A stretch of DNA of 64,000 bases from Devosia sp. (GTDB lineage: Bacteria; Pseudomonadota; Alphaproteobacteria; Rhizobiales; Devosiaceae): NCBI RefSeq assembly GCF_040509215.1, contig NZ_JBEVLL010000324.1:5857-69856 (forward strand). The letters are read 5' to 3'. The notes beneath the pieces are model-generated. The model did no database searches and was not told where the DNA came from. It saw only the letters and a program-made list of their open reading frames with translations. Shown piece after piece: positions 1-9,145 of the stretch (position 1 is its first letter; each line of letters starts with the position of its first letter). A program made the translations under genes and the position numbers.

Positions 1-2339
1 ATGAGGTCGACCTTGTAGTCGAGGTCTTCGAGCACTTCGAGGGCCTCTTCGCCGCCATCGGCCTCGAAGACTTCATAGCCGGTGGTGCGGAGGGCACGGG
101 CGGAGAAAGCGCGGACGCTTTCCTCGTCTTCGACGAGCAGGATGCGTTCGTGGCCGGTCAGGTCCTTGGCGGGAGCGGCGGCGGCGATGGTCTTGGCTGC
201 AGTCTCTTCGGCCGTCGGCACGTAGCGCGGCAGGAAGATCTTGAAGGTGGTGCCGACGCCGACAGTCGAGACCGGATAGATGAAGCCTTCGGTCTGCTTG
301 ACGATGCCGTAGACGGTGGAAAGACCGAGACCGGTGCCCTTGCCCAATTCCTTGGTGGTGAAGAAGGGCTCGAAAATCTTGGCCATGATCTCGGGCGACA
401 TGCCGGTGCCGGTATCCTGTACGTCGATCAGCACATAATCGGCCGGAACCATGCCTTCGAACTTCAGCTCGCGCGTCTCGTCTTCAGTGACATTGCTGGT
501 GCGCACGGTGATCGAACCGCCATCGGGCATGGCGTCGCGAGCGTTGACGACGAGATTGATGACCACCTGTTCGAGCTGAACGACGTCGGCGCGGATCGGC
601 CAGATATTGCGGCCATGTTCGACCGATAGCTGGTTCTTTTCGCCGATCATGCGCTTCAAAAGCACCGTAAGGTCATCGACGATCAGCGGCAGCTCAAGCA
701 CCTGCGGGCGCAGCGTCTGGCGACGGGAGAAGGCCAGGAGCTGGCGGGTGAGGCCGGCAGCGCGATTGGCGTTCTGCTTGATCTGCATGAGTTCGCTGAA
801 GGACGGATCGCCGGGTTTGTGCTTTAGCAGCAGAAGGTCTGAGAAGCCGATGATGGCGGTCAGCAGATTGTTGAAATCGTGCGCTACGCCGCCAGCGAGC
901 TGGCCGACGGCCTGCATCTTCTGGCTCTGGGCGAACTGGGCTTCGAGCTTGCGCTGATCAGTCATGTCGAGAGCATAGACATTGATCTGCTCGGGCGACC
1001 CGGCGCTGACTTCGGAGGCGGAAATGTAGAGGCGAACGGCGCTGTCGCCTTCGACGCTCAGCTGCGCGTCGACCGGCTCGACTTCGGTACGCTGGGCCGT
1101 GGCGTCGGAGAGCGCCTTGGCGAGCTTGTCGCGGCTGCCTTCGCCGATGAGATCGTGCAGCGGCTGCAATTCCAGGCTCTTTTCCTCGCCGGACCAGCGG
1201 AAGATGCGGCCGAAGGGAGCATTGGTGCGCACGATGCGGCCTTCGCCGTCGAGAGTGGCAATAGCAAAGGGCGTATCGTTGAAGAAGCGCGAGAAGCGGA
1301 CTTCGGCGGCGCGCAACTCTTCCTCATTCTCGGGTGCGCTGGAGCGGTTGAGCACGAGCGTGCGCGTTTCGCCCAATTCGCCATCGGCGAGACGGGCAGC
1401 GCGGTGCAGCAGGCGGACTGGCAGAGCCGTGCCATTGCGGCGCACGAGGTCGATGTCGATGATTTCGGTGGTGATCTCGCCATCGCGACGGCCGCGCATG
1501 AGCAGGGTCGCGCCATCGCCACGGACAACATCGCCGAGGCGCAGGTGGCCGGCGTTGAACTCGGCAAGGTCGTAGCCCAGCCAATCGGCCAGGGTCGAGT
1601 TGAGATACTGGATATGGCCCTGCGCATCGGCGGAGAAGAAGCCGGCCGGGGAGTGATCGAGATAATCGATGGCGCGCTGCAGATCGAGGAAAGCGGTCTC
1701 GTTGTTTTCCCGGTCGCGCGTGATGTCTTCGACGGTCCAGCCGACAACCGGCTTGCTGGTTTCATCGTTCTGCGGCAGCGGCCGCACCGAAACGCGATAC
1801 CAGAACGCGCGATTGGTTTCGGTCTGCGAGCCTCCTAGGCCGCCGACGATACGCATATCCTCGATGGCATTGCGGCCATCCTTGGCCGCACGGGTCAGCC
1901 GATACATGGCCTCGCCGGCATCGGCCTGGCCGGAAAAGAGCCGCGGCACACTGACGGGCACGCCATTGTTGAGCGCGCCGGCGAATGTGCCATAATGGGC
2001 ATTGGCATAGGCGATCTTGCCATCGCGATCGGCAACGACGATGCCGCGGCCGACCGTATCGACCAAGGCCCGCGCAATGGTGCGGCGCTCTTCGGAGGCG
2101 GCGAAGCGGAACAGCCCGGCGGCAAGACCAAAGAGGAAAAAGACCCCGGCCACGGCCAGGAGGCCAACAAAGACCATCACCACTTCAGGCGGCAGGCGAT
2201 CGCCAAACAGCGCAAAAGTGGCGGCAGCGCCGATGATGACAAGACCGAGCGCAGCGACGCGCCACAGCCCGGCTCCACCTCGAGCCGAGGCAACCAGCGG
2301 ATCGGGATAATTGTCCTCGCCGAGCGGGCTTGTTGCCAT
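1..2339 (-). CDS. cckA: Hybrid sensor histidine kinase/response regulator, CckA-like (N-terminus at 2339; C-terminal receiver domain runs off the left edge)
   Basis: This frame is not in the ORF track because it has no stop inside the window. My translation from ATG 2339 gives [15 protein letters not shown], then two TM segments and PAS-like regions. HisKA follows ([44 protein letters not shown]), then HATPase ([19 protein letters not shown]), then the start of a receiver domain ([15 protein letters not shown]...LDYKVDL). Confidence 0.8.
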   Translation of the reverse strand, partial: MATSPLGEDNYPDPLVASARGGAGLWRVAALGLVIIGAAATFALFGDRLPPEVVMVFVGLLAVAGVFFLFGLAAGLFRFAASEERRTIARALVDTVGRGIVVADRDGKIAYANAHYGTFAGALNNGVPVSVPRLFSGQADAGEAMYRLTRAAKDGRNAIEDMRIVGGLGGSQTETNRAFWYRVSVRPLPQNDETSKPVVGWTVEDITRDRENNETAFLDLQRAIDYLDHSPAGFFSADAQGHIQYLNSTLADWLGYDLAEFNAGHLRLGDVVRGDGATLLMRGRRDGEITTEIIDIDLVRRNGTALPVRLLHRAARLADGELGETRTLVLNRSSAPENEEELRAAEVRFSRFFNDTPFAIATLDGEGRIVRTNAPFGRIFRWSGEEKSLELQPLHDLIGEGSRDKLAKALSDATAQRTEVEPVDAQLSVEGDSAVRLYISASEVSAGSPEQINVYALDMTDQRKLEAQFAQSQKMQAVGQLAGGVAHDFNNLLTAIIGFSDLLLLKHKPGDPSFSELMQIKQNANRAAGLTRQLLAFSRRQTLRPQVLELPLIVDDLTVLLKRMIGEKNQLSVEHGRNIWPIRADVVQLEQVVINLVVNARDAMPDGGSITVRTSNVTEDETRELKFEGMVPADYVLIDVQDTGTGMSPEIMAKIFEPFFTTKELGKGTGLGLSTVYGIVKQTEGFIYPVSTVGVGTTFKIFLPRYVPTAEETAAKTIAAAAPAKDLTGHERILLVEDEESVRAFSARALRTTGYEVFEADGGEEALEVLEDLDYKVDL

Positions 2340-2451
2340 GGGTCGAAAAACTCCAGCGCTGGGACCAATCCGCATTCAGTTGAATACCGGCCAGTCCCCA
2401 ACCTGCCCCGATTCGGGACACTCCCACTGGTCTATCAAATGGGTCGCCGCC

Positions 2452-3078
2452 ATGGGAGAGCGAAGGCGGCTTTTCACACGAGGAGACCGGACCGAAGGCG
2501 ACTTGCACACCCAAACTTACGCGAGGAGACGAAAAATAGATCGCTTCATCATCATTTCAGGCTGTTCGGGCGGCGGGAAATCAACCCTGCTTGAAGATCT
2601 GGCGGGTCGAGGCTTTTCGGTGATTGAGGAGCCGGGACGGCGCATCGTCGCGTCCGAGCTGGCCAGAGAGGGCAAAGCCGTGCCCTGGATCGACGCCGAG
2701 GCCTTCCTGCGCAGGGCCATTGCGCTTTCGCTTGAGGACCTTGAGCGGGCGAGCGCCCTGCCCGGCCGGGTATTTTTTGACCGTGGCCTGCTCGATGCGG
2801 CGTCCGGTCTGGCGGAAATGTCAGGCGAGCCAGTGTTGCAGCGCTTTGCGGAGCAATGGCGGTTCAACGCGAAGGTGTTTTTGACGCCGCCATGGCCGGA
2901 AATCTACCGGCAGGATGCCGAGCGGCAGCATGGGCTCGATGCGGCCGTTGTTGAATACGAGCGGTTACTGCGGGACTATCCCGCGCTCGGCTATGAAATC
3001 GTGGAGCTGCCGAAGGTGCCGGTTGGCGAGCGGGCAGATTTCGTTCTGGCGGCGCTGGGAGAAAACACGCAAGACTAA
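2452..3078 (+). CDS. AAA/P-loop ATPase (AAA_28-like small NTPase)
   Basis: Walker A motif IIISGCSGGGKSTLLEDL in ORF 2311..3078. The start is uncertain: ATG 2452, or TTG 2503 preceded by GAAGG. The upstream part of the track ORF overlaps the cckA start region. Confidence 0.7.
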   Translation: MGERRRLFTRGDRTEGDLHTQTYARRRKIDRFIIISGCSGGGKSTLLEDLAGRGFSVIEEPGRRIVASELAREGKAVPWIDAEAFLRRAIALSLEDLERASALPGRVFFDRGLLDAASGLAEMSGEPVLQRFAEQWRFNAKVFLTPPWPEIYRQDAERQHGLDAAVVEYERLLRDYPALGYEIVELPKVPVGERADFVLAALGENTQD

Positions 3079-3143
3079 GGGCATATGGCGCTTGCGCATT
3101 TTCTCGTCAGGCCGCTAGATCATTGCGGCTTGGGGTAGAGAAA

Positions 3144-3875
3144 ATGAGCGCGAAGGTCGATCTTCCGTATTATTCGGGCCAGCCGGTGGCGATTTCCCCT
3201 GCTGGATGGTCACTCGTTGTGGCCGCCGTCGTGGCCGCATTCCTGCTGCTTGTTCTCCTGCCGTTTCCCTCGCCGCCGCTCGACTTTATCCCTGCCATTC
3301 TGTTCACCGGCCTGCCGCTTGTGGCCCTGATGGCTGTGACCGGCTGGCGAGCGCCGGCCATTTTCGGGCGGCTTGGCATCAAGGAAGTTGGCCTTGGGCT
3401 TGGTTTTGGCGTGTTGACGATAATCGTCTCGGGGATCATCGGCTTTGCGGTCGCAAATCTGATTGGCGCATCTGCGAACCCTGCCGTCGAAGGGTTGCAG
3501 GCGATCGGCACCGTGGACCTGGTGCTGTTCCTGGCGCGCACGCTTGTTCAGCTTATCGGCGAAGAAGTCGTGTCCATCCTGCCGCTGCTCGCGGTGCTGT
3601 GGTTTTGTGTTAGCCGGCTCGGTCTATCCCGGCGCTTGGGGCTGATTATCGGCGTCGTGGTTTCGACGCTGTGGTTCGCTGCCATGCATCTGCCGACCTA
3701 TAACTGGAATTTTCTCCAGTGCCTCGGCATCATCGGATCGGCGCGGGTGGTGTTGACGCTCGCCTATCTCTTCACCCGGAACATCTGGGTCTCGTCCATT
3801 GCCCATATCTTCAATGATTGGGCATTGTTCCTGACGAGCTTCGCCCTCGGACACTTACCGATCGGCGAGGGTTAG
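3144..3875 (+). CDS. CPBP family intramembrane metalloprotease (CAAX/Abi-type)
   Basis: Multi-pass membrane protein with CPBP-like motifs: GEEVVS, FAAMHL and IAHIFNDW. ATG 3144 is preferred over TTG 3123. Confidence 0.75.
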   Translation: MSAKVDLPYYSGQPVAISPAGWSLVVAAVVAAFLLLVLLPFPSPPLDFIPAILFTGLPLVALMAVTGWRAPAIFGRLGIKEVGLGLGFGVLTIIVSGIIGFAVANLIGASANPAVEGLQAIGTVDLVLFLARTLVQLIGEEVVSILPLLAVLWFCVSRLGLSRRLGLIIGVVVSTLWFAAMHLPTYNWNFLQCLGIIGSARVVLTLAYLFTRNIWVSSIAHIFNDWALFLTSFALGHLPIGEG

Positions 3876-3882
3876 GCGGGCG

Positions 3883-4578
3883 CTACAGCGTCTCCGGCAG
3901 TGTAATCGAGCCGCTGGCCAGCCCTACGACGAGGGCGAGGAAGAGAAAAAGCGGCACGGCAATGACGAGCGTTGTGACCACGATGGTCGCCGATATGACC
4001 GGACGCAGCTTGGCGCTTTGGGACAGCCACAGCGTTTCGACCGCGACATACCAGACAAGACCAGCCACGAAAACGAGGCTGCCGGCCACGAGGATCGGCG
4101 TCGACAACTCGGCTTCGGACACGCACTGCAGGCCAAGGGTGACCGCAACCACAAAGGGCACGGCGGCGTAGCACTGGCTGTAGAAGATCGGCTTGAACGT
4201 GGTGCGCGTGAGCCGCGCGCGATTGGCCCTGAGCTGGATGATGCCGAAAACCAGCGGAAAGAGGCTGAAGGCCACAGCCCGGAAGATCAGGAGGTTCCAG
4301 TCATCGGCGAGAAGGCCCGTGAGGATGTGATCGCCGGCGGGGTCTGAGAGCTGGCCTACGCTGTGGAGGACAATGAGCGAAATGAGCAGCAGAACGGGTG
4401 GGCTCAGGCCGTCGTCGAACTGGCGATCTTCTTCTTCGAGCAATTGCCGCTCGGCATAAGAGAGCATGTGGAGCGGGCGGCGGACAATGCGCCACAGGGT
4501 CAGGGGATAGAAGACGAACCAACTGATGAGTTCGTAGAGCAATTCCTCAAGCGATTTGAGGAGCTTCATGAAATCCAT
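3883..4578 (-). CDS. Uncharacterised multi-pass membrane protein, last gene of the fliQ-fliR-flhB transcription unit
   Basis: 231-aa ORF starting 9 nt after the flhB stop. It has an N-terminal amphipathic segment followed by 4-5 hydrophobic helices. I recognise no family. Confidence 0.6.
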   Translation of the reverse strand: MDFMKLLKSLEELLYELISWFVFYPLTLWRIVRRPLHMLSYAERQLLEEEDRQFDDGLSPPVLLLISLIVLHSVGQLSDPAGDHILTGLLADDWNLLIFRAVAFSLFPLVFGIIQLRANRARLTRTTFKPIFYSQCYAAVPFVVAVTLGLQCVSEAELSTPILVAGSLVFVAGLVWYVAVETLWLSQSAKLRPVISATIVVTTLVIAVPLFLFLALVVGLASGSITLPETL

Positions 4579-4587
4579 TGAAGTGCC

Positions 4588-5673
4588 CTACCCCCGTGCC
4601 TTCCAGCTCTGGCCGTGCTTGAGGCGCATGACGAAGCCGATGATTTCGGCGACGGCCTTGTAGTGATCGGCCGGGATATCCTCGTCGACATCGACAGCGG
4701 CAAAGAGCGCGCGGGCCAGCGGCGGGTTCTCGATGATCGGCACCTCGTTTTCCTTGGCGACGGCACGGATACGCAGGGCTACGGCATCGGCACCCTTGGC
4801 GACGCATCGAGGCGCGCCCATGCCCTTGTCGTATTTGAGGGCGACAGCGTAGTGGGTCGGGTTGGTGACGACCACGGTGGCGTCGGGCACGGCCTGCATC
4901 ATGCGCTTGCGGGCGCGCTCCTGACGCAACTGCCGGATGCGACCCTTCACATGCGGGTCGCCTTCCATCTGCTTGTATTCTTCGCGGGTTTCCTGAACCG
5001 TCATCATCTGCCGCTTCCACCATTTCTGGCGGGTGTAGAAATAGTCGGCGCCGGCAATGACGGTCACCACGATGAGCACGGCGGTGAGGATTTTCACCCC
5101 CAGCTCCTGGAAATCCATCAGGATGATGATGGGATCGGCCGTCATCATGGTGTCGAGGCGGTCGCGCTCGGGCCAGACCACCATGACGACGACGATGCCG
5201 ACCACGGCGATTTTCAGGAGGCCCTTGCCGAAATTCACCAGCGCCTCGCTCGAAAACAGGCGCTTGGCCCCGGCGAGAGGTGAGATTTTCGAGAATTTCG
5301 GGGTGATCGGCTCGGTCGAGAACAGCGGCCGGTGCTGCACGAGATTGGCGAGGATGCCGCAGATATAGAGGACGGCCAGCGGCGCCAGCACCGCGCCGAT
5401 CAGGGAGAAAGCTAGGCCATTGAAGAAGGCCGAGAACCCTGCGCCGTCGACGTCGAAACGGTCGGCATTCATCATGATGATCTGCAAGGGATTGCTGATC
5501 TGCAGGGATACCCACGGCGCCATCGAGGCGAAGACGATGGTCGTGCCGACGAGCATGAACCAGGTGGTGACCTCCTGGCTCTTGGCGACGTCGCCTTTCT
5601 TGTGGGCTTCCTCAAGCTTCTTTTGGGAAGGATCTTCTGTTTTGCTGTCTTGCTCCGGGGCTTCGTCGGCCAT
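4588..5673 (-). CDS. flhB: Flagellar type III export switch protein FlhB
   Basis: 361 aa. Contains the NPTH autocleavage motif (VVVTNPTHYAVALKY) and a typical FlhB N-terminus (EDPSQKKLEEAHKKGDVAKSQEV). Confidence 0.95.
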   Translation of the reverse strand: MADEAPEQDSKTEDPSQKKLEEAHKKGDVAKSQEVTTWFMLVGTTIVFASMAPWVSLQISNPLQIIMMNADRFDVDGAGFSAFFNGLAFSLIGAVLAPLAVLYICGILANLVQHRPLFSTEPITPKFSKISPLAGAKRLFSSEALVNFGKGLLKIAVVGIVVVMVVWPERDRLDTMMTADPIIILMDFQELGVKILTAVLIVVTVIAGADYFYTRQKWWKRQMMTVQETREEYKQMEGDPHVKGRIRQLRQERARKRMMQAVPDATVVVTNPTHYAVALKYDKGMGAPRCVAKGADAVALRIRAVAKENEVPIIENPPLARALFAAVDVDEDIPADHYKAVAEIIGFVMRLKHGQSWKARG

Positions 5674-5676
5674 GGA

Positions 5677-6447
5677 CTACCCCCGCCACATGGCCAGATG
5701 ATTTTCGAAGGCGGAGAGATACCACCCCATCATCATCATGAGCAAAAGTGCAAACAGAACCAGGCCGGCCAGGATATTGGCGGGCATGAGGATGAAATAG
5801 ACCTGCAGAGCAGGCATGAGGCGCGACAGGATGCCGGCGCCGAGGTTGAAGACGAGGCCGAAGACGATGAAGGGCGCCGACATCTGCACGCCCACCGAGA
5901 AAGCCGAGGCCACGGTCTTCAGCGCCAACTGCATGGCGTCTTCCGACATGATCGGCATGGTCGGCGAAAAGACGTCGTAGCTGTCATAGATTGCCGCCAG
6001 CGCCATATGGTGCAGGTCGGTTGCAAAGATCAGTGTGATGCCGAGGAATGAGAGGAAGCTGGTGAAAACGGCGCTCTGCTGGCCCTGCTGGGTCGGATCC
6101 GCCGACATGGCGCCCGAAAGGCCGATCTGGAAGGCGATGACAGCGCCGGCCACCTGCGTCGCCATGGTGGTGATGCGCACGATGCTGCCGATGATGAGGC
6201 CAACGGCGAGCTCATGGAACAGCAGCGCCACCATGCCCGGAATATCGGGTGGCATGGGGGGCATGATGCTCGAAAGCAGCGGATAGAGCACGAAGGTGAA
6301 GGCGAGCCCGAATGCGAGGCGCAGCCGCATCGGGATAGTGTCTTCGCCAAGCGCCGGCAGCAGCATCAGCATGGCGCCGATACGCGCGAAGAGAATGAGA
6401 TAGGTGAAGGCCGCGCCGGGCGCCCAGTCGAGGTTGAGCGTAAACAT
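5677..6447 (-). CDS. fliR: Flagellar export apparatus protein FliR
   Basis: Hydrophobic FliR-like protein starting MFTLNLDW. Its ATG overlaps the fliQ stop by 1 nt (TGATG). The track ORF 5677..6720 is over-extended into fliQ. Confidence 0.9.
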   Translation of the reverse strand: MFTLNLDWAPGAAFTYLILFARIGAMLMLLPALGEDTIPMRLRLAFGLAFTFVLYPLLSSIMPPMPPDIPGMVALLFHELAVGLIIGSIVRITTMATQVAGAVIAFQIGLSGAMSADPTQQGQQSAVFTSFLSFLGITLIFATDLHHMALAAIYDSYDVFSPTMPIMSEDAMQLALKTVASAFSVGVQMSAPFIVFGLVFNLGAGILSRLMPALQVYFILMPANILAGLVLFALLLMMMMGWYLSAFENHLAMWRG

Positions 6448-6713
6448 CAGCCGCCGACGATGATCATGTCGACAACCCGCGTCATATAGGCCGACATGGT
6501 CGCGCCGAGAAACGGCAGCGTCAGCAGCATGGTGACGAAGATGGCGATGATCTTGGGAACGAAGACCAGGGTTTGTTCCTGGATTTGCGTCAGGGCCTGG
6601 AACAGCGCGATGACGACGCCCACGACAAGGCCGACAAGCATCATCGGCAAGGACACGATGATCAGCGTCCAGATACCTTGATTGGCGATGTCGAGCACTT
6701 CGGCGCCGGTCAC
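6447..6713 (-). CDS. fliQ: Flagellar export apparatus protein FliQ
   Basis: 88 aa with two TM helices and the typical FliQ sequence (LVVGVVIALFQALTQIQEQTL). GTG start preceded by GAGGGAA. Confidence 0.95.
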   Translation of the reverse strand: MTGAEVLDIANQGIWTLIIVSLPMMLVGLVVGVVIALFQALTQIQEQTLVFVPKIIAIFVTMLLTLPFLGATMSAYMTRVVDMIIVGG

Positions 6714-6866
6714 GACTCAATTCCCTCTGCGGTCACGCGCAAATGGTAACTGATTCCTGAATGGGCAGCGAATTCTAAGCCAGAGTGCCGCACAACTAAC
6801 CGATGTCCCCCGGCCTTGGCCGGGGTGACAATCAAGAGGGGGACGGCGTCAGATCTAGTCCGACGC

Positions 6867-7361
6867 TTAGATCGGCATGCTCATGATCGATTCATACGAC
6901 TGGATCACGCGGTCACGGATCGTCACGATGCTTTCGATCGCAAATTCGGTCTGCGACATGGCGGTGACCATATCGACCACGTTGGCCTTGCCATTGACCA
7001 TGTCGATGGCCATCTGGTCCGAATTCCGGCCCTGATCGACGACACCCTGGACCGACTGGGCCAGCATGGCGGCGAAGTCATTGCCACCATTGCCCGGATT
7101 GGTACCGAGCTGCGCACCGGGCATCGAAGCCTGGGTGAGCATGCGGGTGGCCGCGTCGCTGAGTGTCGCGATGGCGGTGGGGTCGGCAGCGCGACTGCTT
7201 TCAGTCACGGACTGGACCGACTGGGCCAGCATCTGCGCGAAGTTGGGACCGCCGGCAACGCCGGCGATGGCTGCTTCCGCCTCAGGGCGGCTGAGCTGCG
7301 ATGCAAGGCGGCTGGCATTGCCATAGGCCGCGGCTGCGATATTGAATGGTGTTGACGCCAC
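6867..7361 (-). CDS. fliE: Flagellar hook-basal body protein FliE (elongated, with internal partial duplication)
   Basis: The C-terminal ~70 aa match FliE (DFAAMLAQSVQGV...VVDMVTAMSQTEFAIESIVTIRDRVIQSYESIMSMPI). It lies in flgB-flgC-fliE order. GTG start. Confidence 0.85.
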   Translation of the reverse strand: MASTPFNIAAAAYGNASRLASQLSRPEAEAAIAGVAGGPNFAQMLAQSVQSVTESSRAADPTAIATLSDAATRMLTQASMPGAQLGTNPGNGGNDFAAMLAQSVQGVVDQGRNSDQMAIDMVNGKANVVDMVTAMSQTEFAIESIVTIRDRVIQSYESIMSMPI

Positions 7362-7381
7362 GATGATAGCCCCCAGAACCG

Positions 7382-7792
7382 TTAGCCGCGCAGGATGTCG
7401 AGCGTTTGCCCGAGCATCTGGCGAGTGACGGAAACCACGTTGAGATTGGCCTCATAGCTGCGCTGGGCCTCGCGCATGTCCATCGTCTCGATCAGTGTGT
7501 TGACGTTGGGGTATTGAACATAACCATTCGCATCGGCGGCCGGGTGGCCGGGCTCGTAGCGATTGTTGAAGTCGCTCTGGTCATAGGCAAGCTTGCCCAT
7601 GCTCACGACGCGACCGCCGAGCTCGTTGTTCATCACCGTTTCAAAGGTGGGAACGCGACGGCGATAAGGCTCGCCGCCCGGCGTCGACGCCGTGGAGTCG
7701 GCGTTGGCAATATTTTCGGCGATGACGCGCATGCGGGCCGACTGTGCGTGCAGACCCGTGGCGGCGATGCCGATAGAAGTGTTGAAATCCAT
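7382..7792 (-). CDS. flgC: Flagellar basal-body rod protein FlgC
   Basis: 136 aa with the conserved rod N-terminus (RMRVIAENIANADST) and C-terminus (YEANLNV). Confidence 0.95.
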   Translation of the reverse strand: MDFNTSIGIAATGLHAQSARMRVIAENIANADSTASTPGGEPYRRRVPTFETVMNNELGGRVVSMGKLAYDQSDFNNRYEPGHPAADANGYVQYPNVNTLIETMDMREAQRSYEANLNVVSVTRQMLGQTLDILRG

Positions 7793-7807
7793 GCTTCAAG
7801 CCCTTTC

Positions 7808-8215
7808 TTATGCGGTCTTGCCGAGTGCGGTCTTCAAGATTTTGACCGATTTCTGGTAGAGGGAGGTCGCGGCCTGATAGTCCATCATATTGGTCGTGAC
7901 CTTCATCATCTCGTCTTCGAGGGTGATGCCGTTCCCCTTCGGCGTGATCTCGAAATTGACCATCTTGTCGTCGGTAAAGCTTGTGCCGCCGCCGATAGAG
8001 GTCGAAAAGTGCCTGGGCTGCGTCGTCGCAGTGTTGACGACCGGCGCCTGAACGACGCTGAAACGGTCTTCGAAATTATACTGCTTCAGGTCGCGCCCCT
8101 TGAAGCCAGGATTGTCAGCGTTGGCGACGTTCTCGGCCAACAGACCCTGACGGGCCTGATGCCAACGCATCTTGTCCGTCAGCGCCGAAAAGACCGGCAT
8201 GTCCAGCAACCCCAT
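7808..8215 (-). CDS. flgB: Flagellar basal-body rod protein FlgB
   Basis: Rod-protein motif LLAENVANADNPGFKGRDL. ATG 8215 has a GGAG 8 nt upstream and is preferred over the TTG at 8236 used by the track. Confidence 0.9.
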   Translation of the reverse strand: MGLLDMPVFSALTDKMRWHQARQGLLAENVANADNPGFKGRDLKQYNFEDRFSVVQAPVVNTATTQPRHFSTSIGGGTSFTDDKMVNFEITPKGNGITLEDEMMKVTTNMMDYQAATSLYQKSVKILKTALGKTA

Positions 8216-8266
8216 CGCGACTACTCCTGAGTCCAAGTCAGATGGGCAAAACCTGCCTAATCAGGG

Positions 8267-8281
8267 TTAAAGAAGAGTTAA
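8267..8281. promoter_or_regulatory. Candidate CtrA binding site (TTAA-N7-TTAA)
   Basis: Exact TTAAagaagagTTAA in the AT-richer divergent flgB / fliO-fliP intergenic region, 52 nt upstream of the flgB ATG. Confidence 0.5.
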
Positions 8282-8491
8282 TAGTGACCCCATGCTGTCC
8301 TAAAATGCCTCGCATTCTGCATGATTGCCTGATTTGACTGGGCAGAAAATGCCCGACAGAGTCGGGAAGGCCACTCTAAAGCGCGTCGCGATCTTTCAGA
8401 TTCGCTCTCCACGCTTTAGTCTTTTGTTGTTACGCATGCCTCGCCCGAGACCGGCGACCACCTTCGGGCACATGCTTAGGAGTTAGAATCA

Positions 8492-9145
8492 GTGCAGTTC
8501 ATCACCAGCCTCTTCGGCGGAAGCGGCAATACCTACCTGACCGCACTCTTCGCCCTTGGCGTCGTCATCGTCCTCATCCTTCTGGGCGTGTGGCTGCTCA
8601 AGCTGCTGTTCAGCGTATCGAGCAATGGCGTGCGCGGCCGCAACAAGCGACTCGCCATCGTTGACAGCCTCGTCGTCGACCAGAAGCGGCAATTGCTGAT
8701 CATTCGGCGCGACAATGTCGAACATTTGATCCTGACCGGCGGCAATCAGGACCTGGTGGTGGAATCCGGCATCGTGCCGCCCGAGCCGCCGGCGGCGCAG
8801 ACGACCCGCCGCCCGGTGCCGATGATCGGCCGGAAAGCCAGCAATGACGCCAAGCCCGTCGAAACCAAGCCCGCAGCCGCCGTCGTGACCACCGTCGCCG
8901 GCCCCGGCGCTGCCATTGACCGTGCCCGCGAAGCCAACAAGGCACGCGAACAGGCGCCGGGCCGCTCGCTGCGCCACACGGGCCTGCTGCGCCCCGTCTC
9001 CACGCAAGACACGCTGCCAGCCGGGTATAAGCCGGACATTTCACCCGCGACCGCGACCGACTCAGCTACAGAGGACGCAGGACGAGCGGTTAACGAAAGC
9101 GTAACGCGTGATCACGAAGCGCAGGGCGAAAACAACCGAAACTAG
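8492..9145 (+). CDS. fliO: Flagellar biosynthesis protein FliO (with long Pro/Ala/Thr-rich C-terminal tail)
   Basis: Single N-terminal TM helix followed by the alpha-type FliO core (RLAIVDSLVVDQKRQLLIIRRDNVEHLILTGG). Sits immediately upstream of and overlaps fliP. GTG start. Confidence 0.75.
   Translation: MQFITSLFGGSGNTYLTALFALGVVIVLILLGVWLLKLLFSVSSNGVRGRNKRLAIVDSLVVDQKRQLLIIRRDNVEHLILTGGNQDLVVESGIVPPEPPAAQTTRRPVPMIGRKASNDAKPVETKPAAAVVTTVAGPGAAIDRAREANKAREQAPGRSLRHTGLLRPVSTQDTLPAGYKPDISPATATDSATEDAGRAVNESVTRDHEAQGENNRN

Noticed and set aside
150-2594. Multiple plus-strand and alternative minus-strand ORFs (150..629, 879..1838, 1058..1765, 1995..2594 and others) overlapping the cckA region
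   Set aside because: They are low-complexity Arg/Ala/Gly/Ser-rich translations. The unlisted minus frame, which is open to the window edge, encodes a complete PAS-HisKA-HATPase-REC architecture.
6813-6831. GC-rich hairpin CCCCGGCC-tt-GGCCGGGG, considered as a REP or mobile-element remnant
   Set aside because: It is a single copy in the window with no flanking repeats or transposase. It is more simply an inter-operon stem-loop between fliE and fliQ.
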